Counted from the first letter of the stretch, positions 1-10,908 are shown. The stretch is 64,000 nt of DNA from Candidatus Heimdallarchaeota archaeon (GCA_020353515.1 CP070695.1:4529414-4593413); one strand, 5' to 3'. The notes: a model not told the origin generated them from the sequence alone. A program made the numbers and translations.

Positions 1-252
1 ATGATGTGGGGGTGGACTTTTCTTCTGTTTTGGGGTGTTCAAGACCCATTAGAAAGAAAAGGAACACTAATATTAACTGCATTCCCCGTTATAACTGGTT
101 TAGCGATCAGTAACGTGTTTGCTGGTATGAATAATATAATTTCGTTTACTAGCTTGATTATACGGCCTGCAATCTATCTAGTATTGTTTTCACTGTTCAC
201 AACAGCTTTTTTCTTGGCAGATCGTCTCCAAAAGAAGAATTTTAAAGCCTAA
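1..252 (+). CDS. Membrane protein, probably the C-terminal part of a gene truncated at the window edge
   Basis: Two to three hydrophobic segments and a basic C-terminal tail; the ORF begins at base 1. Confidence 0.6.
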   Translation: MMWGWTFLLFWGVQDPLERKGTLILTAFPVITGLAISNVFAGMNNIISFTSLIIRPAIYLVLFSLFTTAFFLADRLQKKNFKA

Positions 253-433
253 TAATCTTCCGAAAACATCACTTAACCACCATTTTTTAATGATCAAAAT
301 TATAGTTTTTGATTCTAGGTTATATGTCTTCAAACAAATATTTGACGACATTCTAAATATTTCTCTATTCTATCTCGAAAAAAATTTTGATAGGAATGAT
401 TCTAAATAACAGAAAATAAGGGAAAAGTAAATT

Positions 434-592
434 CTAATGCCAACGCCAGCGATCTTCGGGTTTTATTTCTATAGGAGGTTCTTTTCCATATTTTAATTCC
501 AGAGGATGTAATTCTTCATCAATATTGGCGTTTCTAATGGTCTTTTTATCAGCAACAGTTAGCTTTTCGGCTTTTATATTAATTCTCGACAC
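434..592 (-). CDS. Small hypothetical protein (52 aa), not in the ORF track
   Basis: Manual translation GTG..TAG gives MSRINIKAEKLTVADKKTIRNANIDEELHPLELKYGKEPPIEIKPEDRWRWH; it lies in an otherwise empty intergenic region and has protein-like composition. Confidence 0.45.
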   Translation of the reverse strand: MSRINIKAEKLTVADKKTIRNANIDEELHPLELKYGKEPPIEIKPEDRWRWH

Positions 593-779
593 CTTTTCTC
601 TTTTGTATCAAACTATAGACCTTATTGGTCGCTAGTTTAACATTGAAAGCTATAATAAACACACTAAAAAACACACATGTTACGCATGTTATGCATTCTC
701 TCAAAATCAATACTAAATCCTGTTCAAGTATCTATTTGAGAAATAACCAAGTTTTCTACAAAGAACAGAAGGCACTGAC

Positions 780-2195
780 GTGAATCCTCGAATTAAGGAA
801 GCAAAAGATCCTCTAAAATTAGTACGATCTGGAGTTTTCGCATTAGAAAGGAAGAAATGGTCAAAGGCGCGGAGAAAATTCGAGGCTGCATTAATTGATG
901 ACGAAGTACAACAAAATGCTGGAGTTTGGGCTAATTATGGCATAGCACTAACTAATCTAAACCTCATCTCTGAAGCACAGAAAGCATTCACTAAGTCGGT
1001 CAGTTTAGACAAGAAAAATGCCAGATTATGGGTAAAAAAGGGGATAACTGAATCCCGATTAGGAAATGATAATGAGGCGAAGAAAAGTTTTGAACAGGCG
1101 CTGCGATTTGACAAAAAAGATCCTGAAATACCAATTCTACTTAGTAGGGTTCTCAGGAAACAAGAGGATACCAAAAAGGCTATTAAAGTCCTTGAGTCAG
1201 CTTGGAAAAAACTTCCAGAATCATCTCAAATCCCTATAGAACTAGCAATAATTTACAATAAACAGAACGATGATCGAAAATCTGAAGAAATATTAACAAA
1301 AGCTATTCAGACAGCTCGTCAGCCTGATCCAGGCCTTTTACTAGGGCAAACTTTATTGGATAAGAAAGATTACAAGCGCTCAATACTTATCTATCAAGAA
1401 ATACTATCTCGATTTCCCCAATCTCATCATGCACAATATGGCTTGGGTGTCGCATATCACGCAAATGAAGATTGGAAAAAAGCCCTAGAGGAATATCAAA
1501 AAGCAATACCCCTGTTTCGTCCCGAAAAACCACCTCAAAGTCTTTTTATCAATATGGGACGTGTTTTGAAGAATTTAAGACAAAATAAAGAAGCCATTGA
1601 TGCGCTCTACCGGGCAAAAAAGTATGGAAAACCAACTTTGGAGATTTCACTCTTACTTGCTGAATTATTTTTAGAGAGTAATCGCCCTGATCGTGCAAAA
1701 CGTGCCTTAGAAGATGCTATACGTATTGAGAAAAACAATCCAGTTATTCGATTCTATTTAGGTTTAACTTTACTTCAATTGAATGATATTCCAAAAGCTA
1801 AAGAAAACTTTCAAAAATCCATTGAGTTAGATCCAGATTTTCATGAAAGCAAACTACAATTATCACGATTAGCAATACAAGAAAGAGATTTCAAGATAGC
1901 ATACGCCCTAGCAAATGAAGTAGCTGTAGCTGATCCCAATCATATTCCTGGGAACCGTTTAGCTGCTAAATTAGCCTATGATTTGCGAAATTTTAAAAGA
2001 ACAATTGAATTACTTGAACCAGTAGTCACAAATAATCCTAGAAATCATCTAGAAGATTTAGAACTAATACTAAACTCGTGGTTGCTGCTCAGCCAACCTG
2101 AAAAGGCAAAATCCTTTTTGAAAAGACTTTTAGAAGAAGATAAATCGTTAAAAGATCATTTACGTTCAAAAGCTTTTTTCACTCAATTTTTCTAA
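780..2195 (+). CDS. Tetratricopeptide repeat protein (about 12 TPRs)
   Basis: Repeated TPR consensus, e.g. VWANYGIAL..EAQKAFTKSVSLD and FYLGLTLLQLNDIPKAKENFQKSIELDP. Confidence 0.9.
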   Translation: MNPRIKEAKDPLKLVRSGVFALERKKWSKARRKFEAALIDDEVQQNAGVWANYGIALTNLNLISEAQKAFTKSVSLDKKNARLWVKKGITESRLGNDNEAKKSFEQALRFDKKDPEIPILLSRVLRKQEDTKKAIKVLESAWKKLPESSQIPIELAIIYNKQNDDRKSEEILTKAIQTARQPDPGLLLGQTLLDKKDYKRSILIYQEILSRFPQSHHAQYGLGVAYHANEDWKKALEEYQKAIPLFRPEKPPQSLFINMGRVLKNLRQNKEAIDALYRAKKYGKPTLEISLLLAELFLESNRPDRAKRALEDAIRIEKNNPVIRFYLGLTLLQLNDIPKAKENFQKSIELDPDFHESKLQLSRLAIQERDFKIAYALANEVAVADPNHIPGNRLAAKLAYDLRNFKRTIELLEPVVTNNPRNHLEDLELILNSWLLLSQPEKAKSFLKRLLEEDKSLKDHLRSKAFFTQFF

Positions 2196-2278
2196 ATCAA
2201 CTGAATAAGAATCATTATTTGACTTGTTCAAGGAAAATGATTATACATCTATCTCCAGAATGAAGGATATGAAGTAAA

Positions 2279-3073
2279 TTGGGGATCAAACTAAGTAATA
2301 AGCGTTATATGCTTATGGATTGTGATGGTGTTGTATGGAAGGGAAATCGGGCAATAGAAGGAGCTCAATCCATCCTAGAAAAATTGGAACAGATGGGTTT
2401 TAAGTTAGGATTTGTAACCAACAATTCCAGTTTATCTCGACTTGGTTTTAAGAGCAAATTTGAATCATTAGGATTTACTCCAATTAATTACACAATTATT
2501 AATTCTGCTTATGGTGCTGCCATATATTTAGCAAACAAGTGTTTCAACCGGGTCTTCATGATCGGTGAACAAGGTTTACGTGAAGAACTTGAGTTGCATG
2601 ATATTTATGTAACTCAAGAATATGAAGAGCAGCTGCAAGGAGTGTGTATAGGGTGGGATCGTCAACTCACTTGGCGTAAACTAGCAGATGCCATGAAAGT
2701 TATTTTAAATGATAATGGGTTCTTTGTAGGTACGAATCCGGACAATAGCTTCCCTATGGAAAACTCGTTAGTTCCAGGAACAGGTGCAGGGATTGCTGCA
2801 CTCACAAATGCATGTGGAAAAGAACCTGATATAATAATAGGAAAACCCAATCGTTTTTTAATTGATGTAACCCTAGAAAATATGGGATGTACTGATCCAG
2901 CAGAAGCTGTATATATTGGTGATCGCTTATCAACCGACATTCTAGCAGGAATTAATGCTGGAGTCGATACTGTATTAGTAAGAACAGGAATTTCCGATTC
3001 TCACATGAAAAATATATTACCAACAGTGGAAATTGATTCTATTGTAGATATATTGACAATATTAAATTCTTAG
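2279..3073 (+). CDS. HAD-IIA family (NagD-like) phosphatase
   Basis: Motifs DCDGV, TNNS, TNPD, GKP and IGDRLSTDI. Confidence 0.92.
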   Translation: MGIKLSNKRYMLMDCDGVVWKGNRAIEGAQSILEKLEQMGFKLGFVTNNSSLSRLGFKSKFESLGFTPINYTIINSAYGAAIYLANKCFNRVFMIGEQGLREELELHDIYVTQEYEEQLQGVCIGWDRQLTWRKLADAMKVILNDNGFFVGTNPDNSFPMENSLVPGTGAGIAALTNACGKEPDIIIGKPNRFLIDVTLENMGCTDPAEAVYIGDRLSTDILAGINAGVDTVLVRTGISDSHMKNILPTVEIDSIVDILTILNS

Positions 3074-3082
3074 CGCTCTAGT

Positions 3083-5809
3083 TTGAAAACGGATGATTCT
3101 TTGATGTGTAGACTGAATATATTTAAGCTAAATGGCTTTGTTATATTTATTATTCTTCACTTCTCTCTTCTAAGTACTTTTAACTTTAATTTTGGGACAG
3201 CTTTCATACATCAAGAACAAGAAATCAAAATTTCCTCCATTTCATTAAATACTCCTACAGTATACACTAAGCCAAAAGATCTGATACATATTATGGAGGG
3301 GGATCAAAACATTGTAAATAAGTTTAGTAGGAATCAAAATAAGAATAAGATTTTCAACACAATTTATAATCTTATTAATCCTCAAAAATTAATAGATGAT
3401 GAGCTCACAGGTGCAAACGTCACTATTGCTGTTTTGGACTCAGGGATCAATGATGTCGAATGGATTACAAACCTAGCAGCGAGATATACAACTATTTCTG
3501 ATTCGATTAATGTGGAAGATGATAATGGTCATGGAACTTTCATTGGATCAATAATTTCTAAGATTGCTAGCGGAGCAGAACTAATTAGCATTAAAGTGAC
3601 TGATTCATCTGGGTTTACAAGCATTGAATCAGTCGAAGAAGGCTTGAAACTTGCTTTTGATCTTAATGTAACGATAATCCATGCTTCTCTAGGGTCTATT
3701 CATCTAGATGCATTGAATTCTAGTTTAATAGCCCAAATAAACTCTCATAATATAACAACAGTCTTCTCTGCGGGAAATTCAGGTCCTTTCACATCTAGCT
3801 TATCGTCTCCTGCAATTTTCGCCGAAACCATTGCTGTTGGAATGGCTTACAACAAAACTCATATATTCACATCCACTTCGTGCGGACCACGGCCTTCTGG
3901 AACAATGGGGCCAGACATTGTGGCACCAGGGGTTGATATTATTGGGCAGAATCAAACTGGGGACTTTAAATATCGTACAGGTACTTCTTATGCAGCTGCT
4001 TTTGTATCAGGAGCCCTTGCTCTCTTAAAAGAAGCGTTTCCAGAGAAATCACCACTCACCCTAAAGGCAGCACTTCTTGAAACAGCTCATTTTATGAATT
4101 CCACCTCACCAATCACTCAAGGAAATGGTTTTCTAGATGTTTCAAAAGCTTACGAGCTATTGCAAACAATTAACACAAGCAATCCGTTATTTTCTTTTGC
4201 TCCACGAGAATTATCGTCTTATTTTACGTATTTTGGTCATGCTATCAATGGTGAAAATCGAACGTATCGTCTGACATTTTATTCAACAACTGAAACAAAT
4301 CTTACAAAATTTAATACAACTCAATCCTTTCCTGTTAAAACAAATACCAGTCGAGAACTTCCAATAAATATTACTATAGGAACACTCCCAAAGAAAGTTA
4401 CTGTTGGAATAAATTACTTGAATCTATCATTGAAAATTCCTGAAGATTTAAGTATGGCAAAAAGAGAGGGATACGTCACATTTCAATTTTCTAATGGAAC
4501 CTACTTATCTAACTTGTCCATTACAATCGAAAATAGATATCCAGGTGGTAATATCCTTTTTTATCAAGGGTATGATAATGATTCATACATTCCTGATGGA
4601 CCAACAGGAAAGTATAGTTTATTGCAACAACTTCTTGAACGCTCCTATGGGATGAATTCATACGGTGCTATCCGTCCTACCAGTCTAATTAACACTTATG
4701 GTCCACTAGTTCTAACTAAACAGTCTTCTGGGAAAATCACGGGACAAGATTTGAAAGGATATCATATTCTTGTGTTAGCTGACATCGAGTTCGGTATTTC
4801 TGATCATGAAATTTCTACAATTCAAGATTGGATTGCAGAGGGCCATTCTCTCTTAATCCTTTCCTATCCATCCTTAGAAAATAAGGGAATAGAGACTCTA
4901 TCTAACCAAACAGCCATTAACAAGTTATTAGAACCATATGGACTCAGTATTGAGAATGATAACACAAACCTCTCTCGTTTCAACAATGCTAGTACAAGTA
5001 TTTCAGATCCAATTTTTAGAAGGAAGGGATTGAAATTTAATTATACTGGTACATCTATAGGAATTTCAACTGATAAAGGAGGAAAAGCTCTTGCAACAGC
5101 TTTTGATCCGAAAAACAAAGAATATCCTGTTGCTGGATACTGGGAGGATCCAGTTTCCAGGGGAAAAGTAGTGGTGTTCGGAGGAACACTTCCATTCAAT
5201 AATCTTGGGATAAATCCCCATTTAAACAATCTAGAAGTAATAAATCATACCTTCCGTTGGATGATTGCAGATCAACAGCTACAATTAGATATTCTTCTCA
5301 CATCTTCTCCTACAACACAAGGTTCAACGCAAATTCAAATTACTGTTGAGGACACAGAGTTAGAACCTTTTAATGGTACAGTCATTGAAGCTAATGGATC
5401 TTTTAATCAAATTACATTTGATAAGGGGATCAATATGTATATTGCTTCTTGGAAACCATTAGCTGCAGGTAAAGCGATCCTATGGTTGAATCTGAGGATA
5501 GAGAATACCGATGAAGCTCCAACTAATGGCTTGTTTGTTTTCGAAGTAATAAGACCAGCATCACAAGATATTTTCTTTTTGGTTATTATTGGTGGTTTTA
5601 TTGTTTTAGGTATAATTTACTATCTATTAGCATCACGACGGCCTCAACCACGTTCACCCATTGAACAGAGAGTAGCCCTTGAATTACAGAAACAAAAGAA
5701 CGGCATTCCACAAGGAGGGTTGGAGACTTCTGAAATCTGTCCTCAATGTCGGACTCCAAGGCACACGAATGAATCCAAATACTGCTTTAAATGTGGGAAA
5801 GAACTGTGA
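3083..5809 (+). CDS. Membrane-anchored S8 subtilase with SKI-1/S1P-like architecture and a cytoplasmic zinc-ribbon tail
   Basis: N-terminal hydrophobic segment; catalytic motifs LDSG, HGT, AGNSG, GTSYA; GATase-like (DUF4350/IFT52-type) domain; TM helix; CPQC..CFKC at the C-terminus. Confidence 0.88.
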   Translation: MKTDDSLMCRLNIFKLNGFVIFIILHFSLLSTFNFNFGTAFIHQEQEIKISSISLNTPTVYTKPKDLIHIMEGDQNIVNKFSRNQNKNKIFNTIYNLINPQKLIDDELTGANVTIAVLDSGINDVEWITNLAARYTTISDSINVEDDNGHGTFIGSIISKIASGAELISIKVTDSSGFTSIESVEEGLKLAFDLNVTIIHASLGSIHLDALNSSLIAQINSHNITTVFSAGNSGPFTSSLSSPAIFAETIAVGMAYNKTHIFTSTSCGPRPSGTMGPDIVAPGVDIIGQNQTGDFKYRTGTSYAAAFVSGALALLKEAFPEKSPLTLKAALLETAHFMNSTSPITQGNGFLDVSKAYELLQTINTSNPLFSFAPRELSSYFTYFGHAINGENRTYRLTFYSTTETNLTKFNTTQSFPVKTNTSRELPINITIGTLPKKVTVGINYLNLSLKIPEDLSMAKREGYVTFQFSNGTYLSNLSITIENRYPGGNILFYQGYDNDSYIPDGPTGKYSLLQQLLERSYGMNSYGAIRPTSLINTYGPLVLTKQSSGKITGQDLKGYHILVLADIEFGISDHEISTIQDWIAEGHSLLILSYPSLENKGIETLSNQTAINKLLEPYGLSIENDNTNLSRFNNASTSISDPIFRRKGLKFNYTGTSIGISTDKGGKALATAFDPKNKEYPVAGYWEDPVSRGKVVVFGGTLPFNNLGINPHLNNLEVINHTFRWMIADQQLQLDILLTSSPTTQGSTQIQITVEDTELEPFNGTVIEANGSFNQITFDKGINMYIASWKPLAAGKAILWLNLRIENTDEAPTNGLFVFEVIRPASQDIFFLVIIGGFIVLGIIYYLLASRRPQPRSPIEQRVALELQKQKNGIPQGGLETSEICPQCRTPRHTNESKYCFKCGKEL

Positions 5810-6702
5810 GAATTGTGACACATACAGATTTTGATGGAATCTGTTGTGCTGCTTTATTTTTACGGAAATTTGGATTTGACATTGAGATAATTTATGCCAC
5901 AGTTAAGGAGGCCAAAAATTTATCTAGTACAGAGCTATCTGTAGATTTTACCTGTGATTTACCAAAGGTTGGAAATTCTATTAATATTGATCATCATAAA
6001 TCTAATTACGAAGAGTTATTGGAAACACACCGACTTACACAGGATGATAAAGTGGATCCTAATGCCGCTTCAGCAACTGATATTGTTTTTACATTCTTGG
6101 AATATGAGAACGACCCCATTGCTGAGGAGATTAGGGAGCTTGGACACCTAGCAGATATCGCACAATTACCTCCTGAATACCGTATATTGGACATTGTTTT
6201 AAGCATGAACAGTGATGACCCTTATGTTCTTCGTCTTATTAGCGAGCTATTAGCGAAAAATGGCCGTCAAATTCTATCAACGTCATGGTTAAAAGAGAAA
6301 TACAGTGAAATTCGGACAATTTACGATGAAACACAGAAGAAGATAATAAAATTCATTAAAAACACTCCAAACCTGCCTCGGATACTTATTTTGGATACAC
6401 GGGAAGCAATCAACAGTAAATTAGCTAAAGAAACATTTCTACCTCTTTTTGAGCGAAATGTTGCAGTTATCGCCTTAGTCTATTCAAAATCCGCTCAAGA
6501 ACCTGTACGTGTGAGTTTTCGTGTGACAAAAACCGAGCAATCCTCTTATGATGTATCTACTGTTGCGAAGGTCTTTGGAGGAGGAGGTCATCGAATGGCA
6601 GCAGCGTGTTCTCCTACATCTGACAAAATTCCGAATATCCTAAAACAGGAACTAATGAAAATTGCTAAACCAAGCGATACTATTCAATATCGCCAAATTT
6701 AG
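5806..6702 (+). CDS. DHH/DHHA1 family phosphoesterase (NrnA/NrnB-like)
   Basis: HTDFDG, CDL, IDHH, D..D and GGGGH motifs; the likely GTG start at 5806 overlaps the upstream stop (GTGA). Confidence 0.88.
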   Translation: MRIVTHTDFDGICCAALFLRKFGFDIEIIYATVKEAKNLSSTELSVDFTCDLPKVGNSINIDHHKSNYEELLETHRLTQDDKVDPNAASATDIVFTFLEYENDPIAEEIRELGHLADIAQLPPEYRILDIVLSMNSDDPYVLRLISELLAKNGRQILSTSWLKEKYSEIRTIYDETQKKIIKFIKNTPNLPRILILDTREAINSKLAKETFLPLFERNVAVIALVYSKSAQEPVRVSFRVTKTEQSSYDVSTVAKVFGGGGHRMAAACSPTSDKIPNILKQELMKIAKPSDTIQYRQI

Positions 6703-6862
6703 ATTTGAAACAAAAATGTGTCTTTCTAGTGGATTTGATCCATGAATTTTCAGAAAATAAGGAATTATCTACCAAATTCCTTAGATAGTGCAATATAAAT
6801 CTTGAACCAGAACCTTTTTTTCTGAAAAGATAGCATTCTGTACGAGTGTTGTTAACACTTCT

Positions 6863-8113
6863 ATGGTTAGTACTATCCATTTGAACAGTATTCTAAAACC
6901 ATCTGGGTTTGATACGTTGCGAATCGCAATTTTTTCTGACAGTTGGGTTCCAAATCTCAACGGGGTGGTTATTTCAATTATCAACGAAGTTCAAAGCCTT
7001 AGAAAAAAACATGAGTTTGCTATTTTTGTACCAAAACTTAAAAAAAGTAAACCCTTCGAAATGGAAGGAATTCCGATTTATGAATTAAGGAGTTTTCCAT
7101 TTCCACCGTATCCTGGTTATAATATCGCACTACCGGGCTTATCTTTCACAAAAGCTATCAGAAAGGAAAATTTTGATTTAATCCATTGTCATTCACCTTT
7201 TAGTTTAGGATATGGTGCTATATTAACAGCTCGTGTCTTCTATGATCTTCCTCTTTTGAATACTTATCACACTGACTTAGCAGAATATTCAGGACATTTG
7301 ATTGCTGGTTTTCAGGCTGAAAGATTCACTGCTTGGTTCCGACGTTTTGCTTGGACTTATATTCGATGGTTTTACAAGTACTCAAATGTTGTTGTTACTC
7401 CATCGAGAACTCTCCAACAGGCTTTAAGAACCCATGGTGTAAAACCCCCTGTTTACGCATTACCAAACATGATTTCAAGTGTTTTTTTCAAGAATGATCA
7501 TGGTTCTCATGAAGAGGAAATTTTTCAAAAGCAAATTCGTGATAAATTTGGAATTAAACCACAACGCCGCATTATTCTTTATTGTGGGAGGATATCATAT
7601 GAAAAAAAGTTAGAAGTAATGCTTAGAGCCTTTAAACAAGTGGAAAAATTATATCCAAACACATTTCTTTTAGTAGTTGGTGATGGTCCTCACCTTAAAA
7701 TGTACAAAAATCAAGCTGAACAACTGAACTTAAAGAATTATGCTTTTACTGGGTTTATTAGTCATACAAAATTACCTTATATCTACAGAATGGGTGAATT
7801 TATGGTTACCCCTAGTGACACGGAAACACAGGGATTAACTGTTATTGAAGCAATGAGTCAAAGACTTCCAGTTATTGGGGTTGCTAGAGGAGGAGTACTA
7901 GACTATATTCACGAGAAAAACGGTATTCTCGTTCCACCTGGAGATTCAAATTTATTTGCTCAAGCTATTATTAAATTTCTTGAAAATCCCGAACTTGTTT
8001 CTGATTCAGCTAGAATAGCCTTTGAATCAGCCCAGAAATGCTCTACTGGAGGATTTGTATCTCTATTAGAGAAGGCTTTTCGTCTAACAATGAAGCTCCA
8101 CGAGTCTTCATAA
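6863..8113 (+). CDS. GT4 glycosyltransferase, monoglycosyl-lipid synthase-like
   Basis: RIAIFSDSWVPNLNGV, IHCHSPF, TYHT, GRISYEK, ETQGLTVIEAM; the true start may be the TTG near 6917. Confidence 0.9.
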   Translation: MVSTIHLNSILKPSGFDTLRIAIFSDSWVPNLNGVVISIINEVQSLRKKHEFAIFVPKLKKSKPFEMEGIPIYELRSFPFPPYPGYNIALPGLSFTKAIRKENFDLIHCHSPFSLGYGAILTARVFYDLPLLNTYHTDLAEYSGHLIAGFQAERFTAWFRRFAWTYIRWFYKYSNVVVTPSRTLQQALRTHGVKPPVYALPNMISSVFFKNDHGSHEEEIFQKQIRDKFGIKPQRRIILYCGRISYEKKLEVMLRAFKQVEKLYPNTFLLVVGDGPHLKMYKNQAEQLNLKNYAFTGFISHTKLPYIYRMGEFMVTPSDTETQGLTVIEAMSQRLPVIGVARGGVLDYIHEKNGILVPPGDSNLFAQAIIKFLENPELVSDSARIAFESAQKCSTGGFVSLLEKAFRLTMKLHESS

Positions 8114-8202
8114 TAGATAATAGTTAATACTTCGGACAATGAGGTTTTTATCTTTCTTCCAGATACTGCTATTTACATTCTTTTATCTCACTCAAATAAG
8201 TT

Positions 8203-8658
8203 ATGGTGATACTCATGGCTTTACAACAAATAGAATTAGATGAAATACCCACTCTGATTCTAATAATCATTGCAATTCTCTTGGTCGCCATTATCCTATA
8301 TATTGGTACCAGATTGATTGCAGGAAAAAAAGAAACCGAAACTGGATATATAATTAGGTTATTATTGGTTGCATTAGTGATTGTCTTACTTGTAGCAGTA
8401 GTAATTGGAGCCATTATTGGCGGTATAGGGCGACTAGATCCTACTAATATATTCTCTGGAGCTGCTGCACAGCTCATACCAGTCCTAGTTTATCTAGCTA
8501 TAATATTCTTAATTAAGTATGTATTAATCCCTGAACGTGGCGAGATCGAAAAGTGGAATGCCAGTATTTGGATTGGTGTTGTTACACTTTTTCTCATATA
8601 CGTTTTTAACATACTAACAACACAATTATTCCGAACACCGATTATTCAAGGCGTTTAA
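8203..8658 (+). CDS. Four-TM membrane protein of unknown function
   Basis: Four hydrophobic helices. Confidence 0.75.
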   Translation: MVILMALQQIELDEIPTLILIIIAILLVAIILYIGTRLIAGKKETETGYIIRLLLVALVIVLLVAVVIGAIIGGIGRLDPTNIFSGAAAQLIPVLVYLAIIFLIKYVLIPERGEIEKWNASIWIGVVTLFLIYVFNILTTQLFRTPIIQGV

Positions 8659-8680
8659 AAGGGATCCTCATATCCTCACG

Positions 8681-8696
8681 CTTTTTTCCTTTTTTT
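8681..8696 (+). terminator. Probable archaeal oligo-T terminator
   Basis: CTTTTTTCCTTTTTTT about 25 nt downstream of the 8658 stop. Confidence 0.4.
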
Positions 8697-8817
8697 AACC
8701 TATTAATTTAGCAAAACGTTATTCTATAGTAATTATTCAATGTCCTAGAAAAAATTGTACTATAAAACACATCGTAGAATAGATAAAAATAATACAATAA
8801 CTCATTTAAACACACAC

Positions 8818-9725
8818 TTGGAAAAAAGATGAAGACTTACGAATAAAAATTCGTGATGCTAAGCTATTTAACCAGAGAAATGTAAATAATTTTGTTGTTG
8901 TAGAGGCTTGGTTAGATGAGAAAAAGACCATTAGGCTTGACAAAATCCCCCTTAGGACGATTAAAATCATTAATTGTGATATCTGATTGGATATCATTTT
9001 CTGAAATAGCACGACCAGCAGATTCGACATGGCTCTATAAGGGGCAGACTATTCAATCCATTAATAATGCAAGCGTTATATTTATTCCAGTAGATTTTTC
9101 ACGATTAATCTACAATACTAGTTCATACATCCTACTTTATGGTGCGGGAATTTATTGGACCAAATTCTCTGTTTATAAACAAACAATTACCACAGACACA
9201 CGATACATTTCTGGTTTGGTTATTCCAGAAGAAAAATGGCTTGACAACCATTTCAATACTGAACCTTTTGTCTTCCCTCCCCCTTACGATTTCATGATAG
9301 TAGGTGATAACTTACAAGAGTTTTCTTTTAACGCGTTAAGAACGGAAGAGGAATCAACAGGTTATGTACGTCGGGCATTCGGTCGAGGTATTATCTTAGC
9401 TCAACTGGTTTTTCCGTTCAAAGAACCTCTGGTTATGCTAAGGAAGACAACAGAAAGCTATGAGGAATTTGATTCACCCACAGCTCCTATGCGAGTTCTT
9501 ATTTCTGAATTTGCGGAGGGAAAAGTGGTGAATGAGATTTCACTTGAATCTCCAAATAAAAAATATGAGGAATCAACTCCTGGAATCAGGAAAATTCAGC
9601 CTAATCTGCTAAAAATATTCCCTGAAAAGTGGAGTAATGAAATTTACCTCAATGGTTTGCGTCGTGAAATTTCAATTATTTCCAAAGATTTCGCATTCAT
9701 TGGGGCACCACTGATCTTAAAATAA
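8818..9725 (+). CDS. Hypothetical protein with an apparent frameshift at the C5 run 8947-8951
   Basis: A TTG-start ORF (MEKDEDLRIKIRDAKLF...DKIP) joins the 8916..9725 frame (PLGRLKSLIVISDW) if one C is removed. Confidence 0.55.
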
Positions 9726-9939
9726 CCATCATTTAATAACTGCAGCTGTCATACGCTTTTCCAATACTTTAGAGAAAGCTAAATTTCACATAATGTTCCA
9801 GCTTTCCGTATTTCCCCCCTGAAGTTCATCTTATAATAGAATAGATGATACTAAGCAAAAATGACTTTTGCAAAGTTTTATATGGGTAACCATGAATTAT
9901 TACATTAATTCAGAAGCATTAATATTGTTGTGAAGATGT

Positions 9940-10275
9940 ATGGCTGACGTTTGGACTGAAGACCAGGCCGATCTGCTAAAATATAGTTTACGGAATATTT
10001 TTGCTACTGTTACAAACATTCTACGCTATAGGTCAAATAAATTTTATATCGCAACCCCGTTTAACCAGGGTTATAGGCAGTTTGACATAGAAGGGGATAA
10101 TTTAGAGGAAATGCTTTATAAGGCTACAGAACTAATGAAATCTAAAAACATTCATTGTATAAATCTAGAGACTGCTGATGGCCTTCCTATACTGACAATT
10201 TTTTTGGAGGCAGGGCCAACAATAATCATCAACGATGTAATCACTGATAGAACTATATGTAACATTCTCCTATAA
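9940..10275 (+). CDS. Hypothetical protein (111 aa)
   Basis: ATG-start ORF with a TTTTATAT TATA-like box upstream; no recognised motif. Confidence 0.7.
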   Translation: MADVWTEDQADLLKYSLRNIFATVTNILRYRSNKFYIATPFNQGYRQFDIEGDNLEEMLYKATELMKSKNIHCINLETADGLPILTIFLEAGPTIIINDVITDRTICNILL

Positions 10276-10291
10276 CTATATATGATATATG

Positions 10292-10801
10292 TCAAATATC
10301 ACGATTTTTTCTTAATTTACTCAGGTTTAATCTGAATAAATCGGTATTTGCAGTCTGGATATGATCAAATTGCTCAAAACCTAATTTTGAATAAAAATTT
10401 TGAGCATTTTTGTTGTTATGTTGCACACCTAGTTCAATGAATTCTTTTCCTTCCTTATGTGTTTCCTCGATTAAATAATTCATTATTTTTGAACCAATAC
10501 TCTTTCTTTGATAATTATTTTGAAGGACAATAGCTGTTATCCACAGTGCATTAAATTCTTCGTTCACCCAGAGATACCCCCCCGAGGCTTTTTGAACTTC
10601 AATTATAAAGATCTTATGATGATTTCCAATTAAATACTTGGAGATGTCAGAAAACCAACTTTCCCAATTCCAATATTGAGGTACTACCTCATCCATTTCT
10701 GCATGTGAAATTTCCTTGATATATTCAAGATCTGATAATCTTGCTCGCCGTAAGATAACAAGAGGGTCAGAAGAAAGATTAATTATTGAAAGGTCTAACA
10801 T
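10292..10801 (-). CDS. GNAT family N-acetyltransferase
   Basis: YQRKSIGSKIM acetyl-CoA loop and N..A..FY.KLGF. Confidence 0.9.
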   Translation of the reverse strand: MLDLSIINLSSDPLVILRRARLSDLEYIKEISHAEMDEVVPQYWNWESWFSDISKYLIGNHHKIFIIEVQKASGGYLWVNEEFNALWITAIVLQNNYQRKSIGSKIMNYLIEETHKEGKEFIELGVQHNNKNAQNFYSKLGFEQFDHIQTANTDLFRLNLSKLRKNRDI

Positions 10802-10908
10802 TTTATCTTACTCTTGTATTTTACAAGTTTAGCTTAAAAGTTTCCTAATGTGTAAAAACAAAAGAAACCAAAAAGGAATAAAGTTTTCCTGAATGCCACA
10901 ATAATGAT

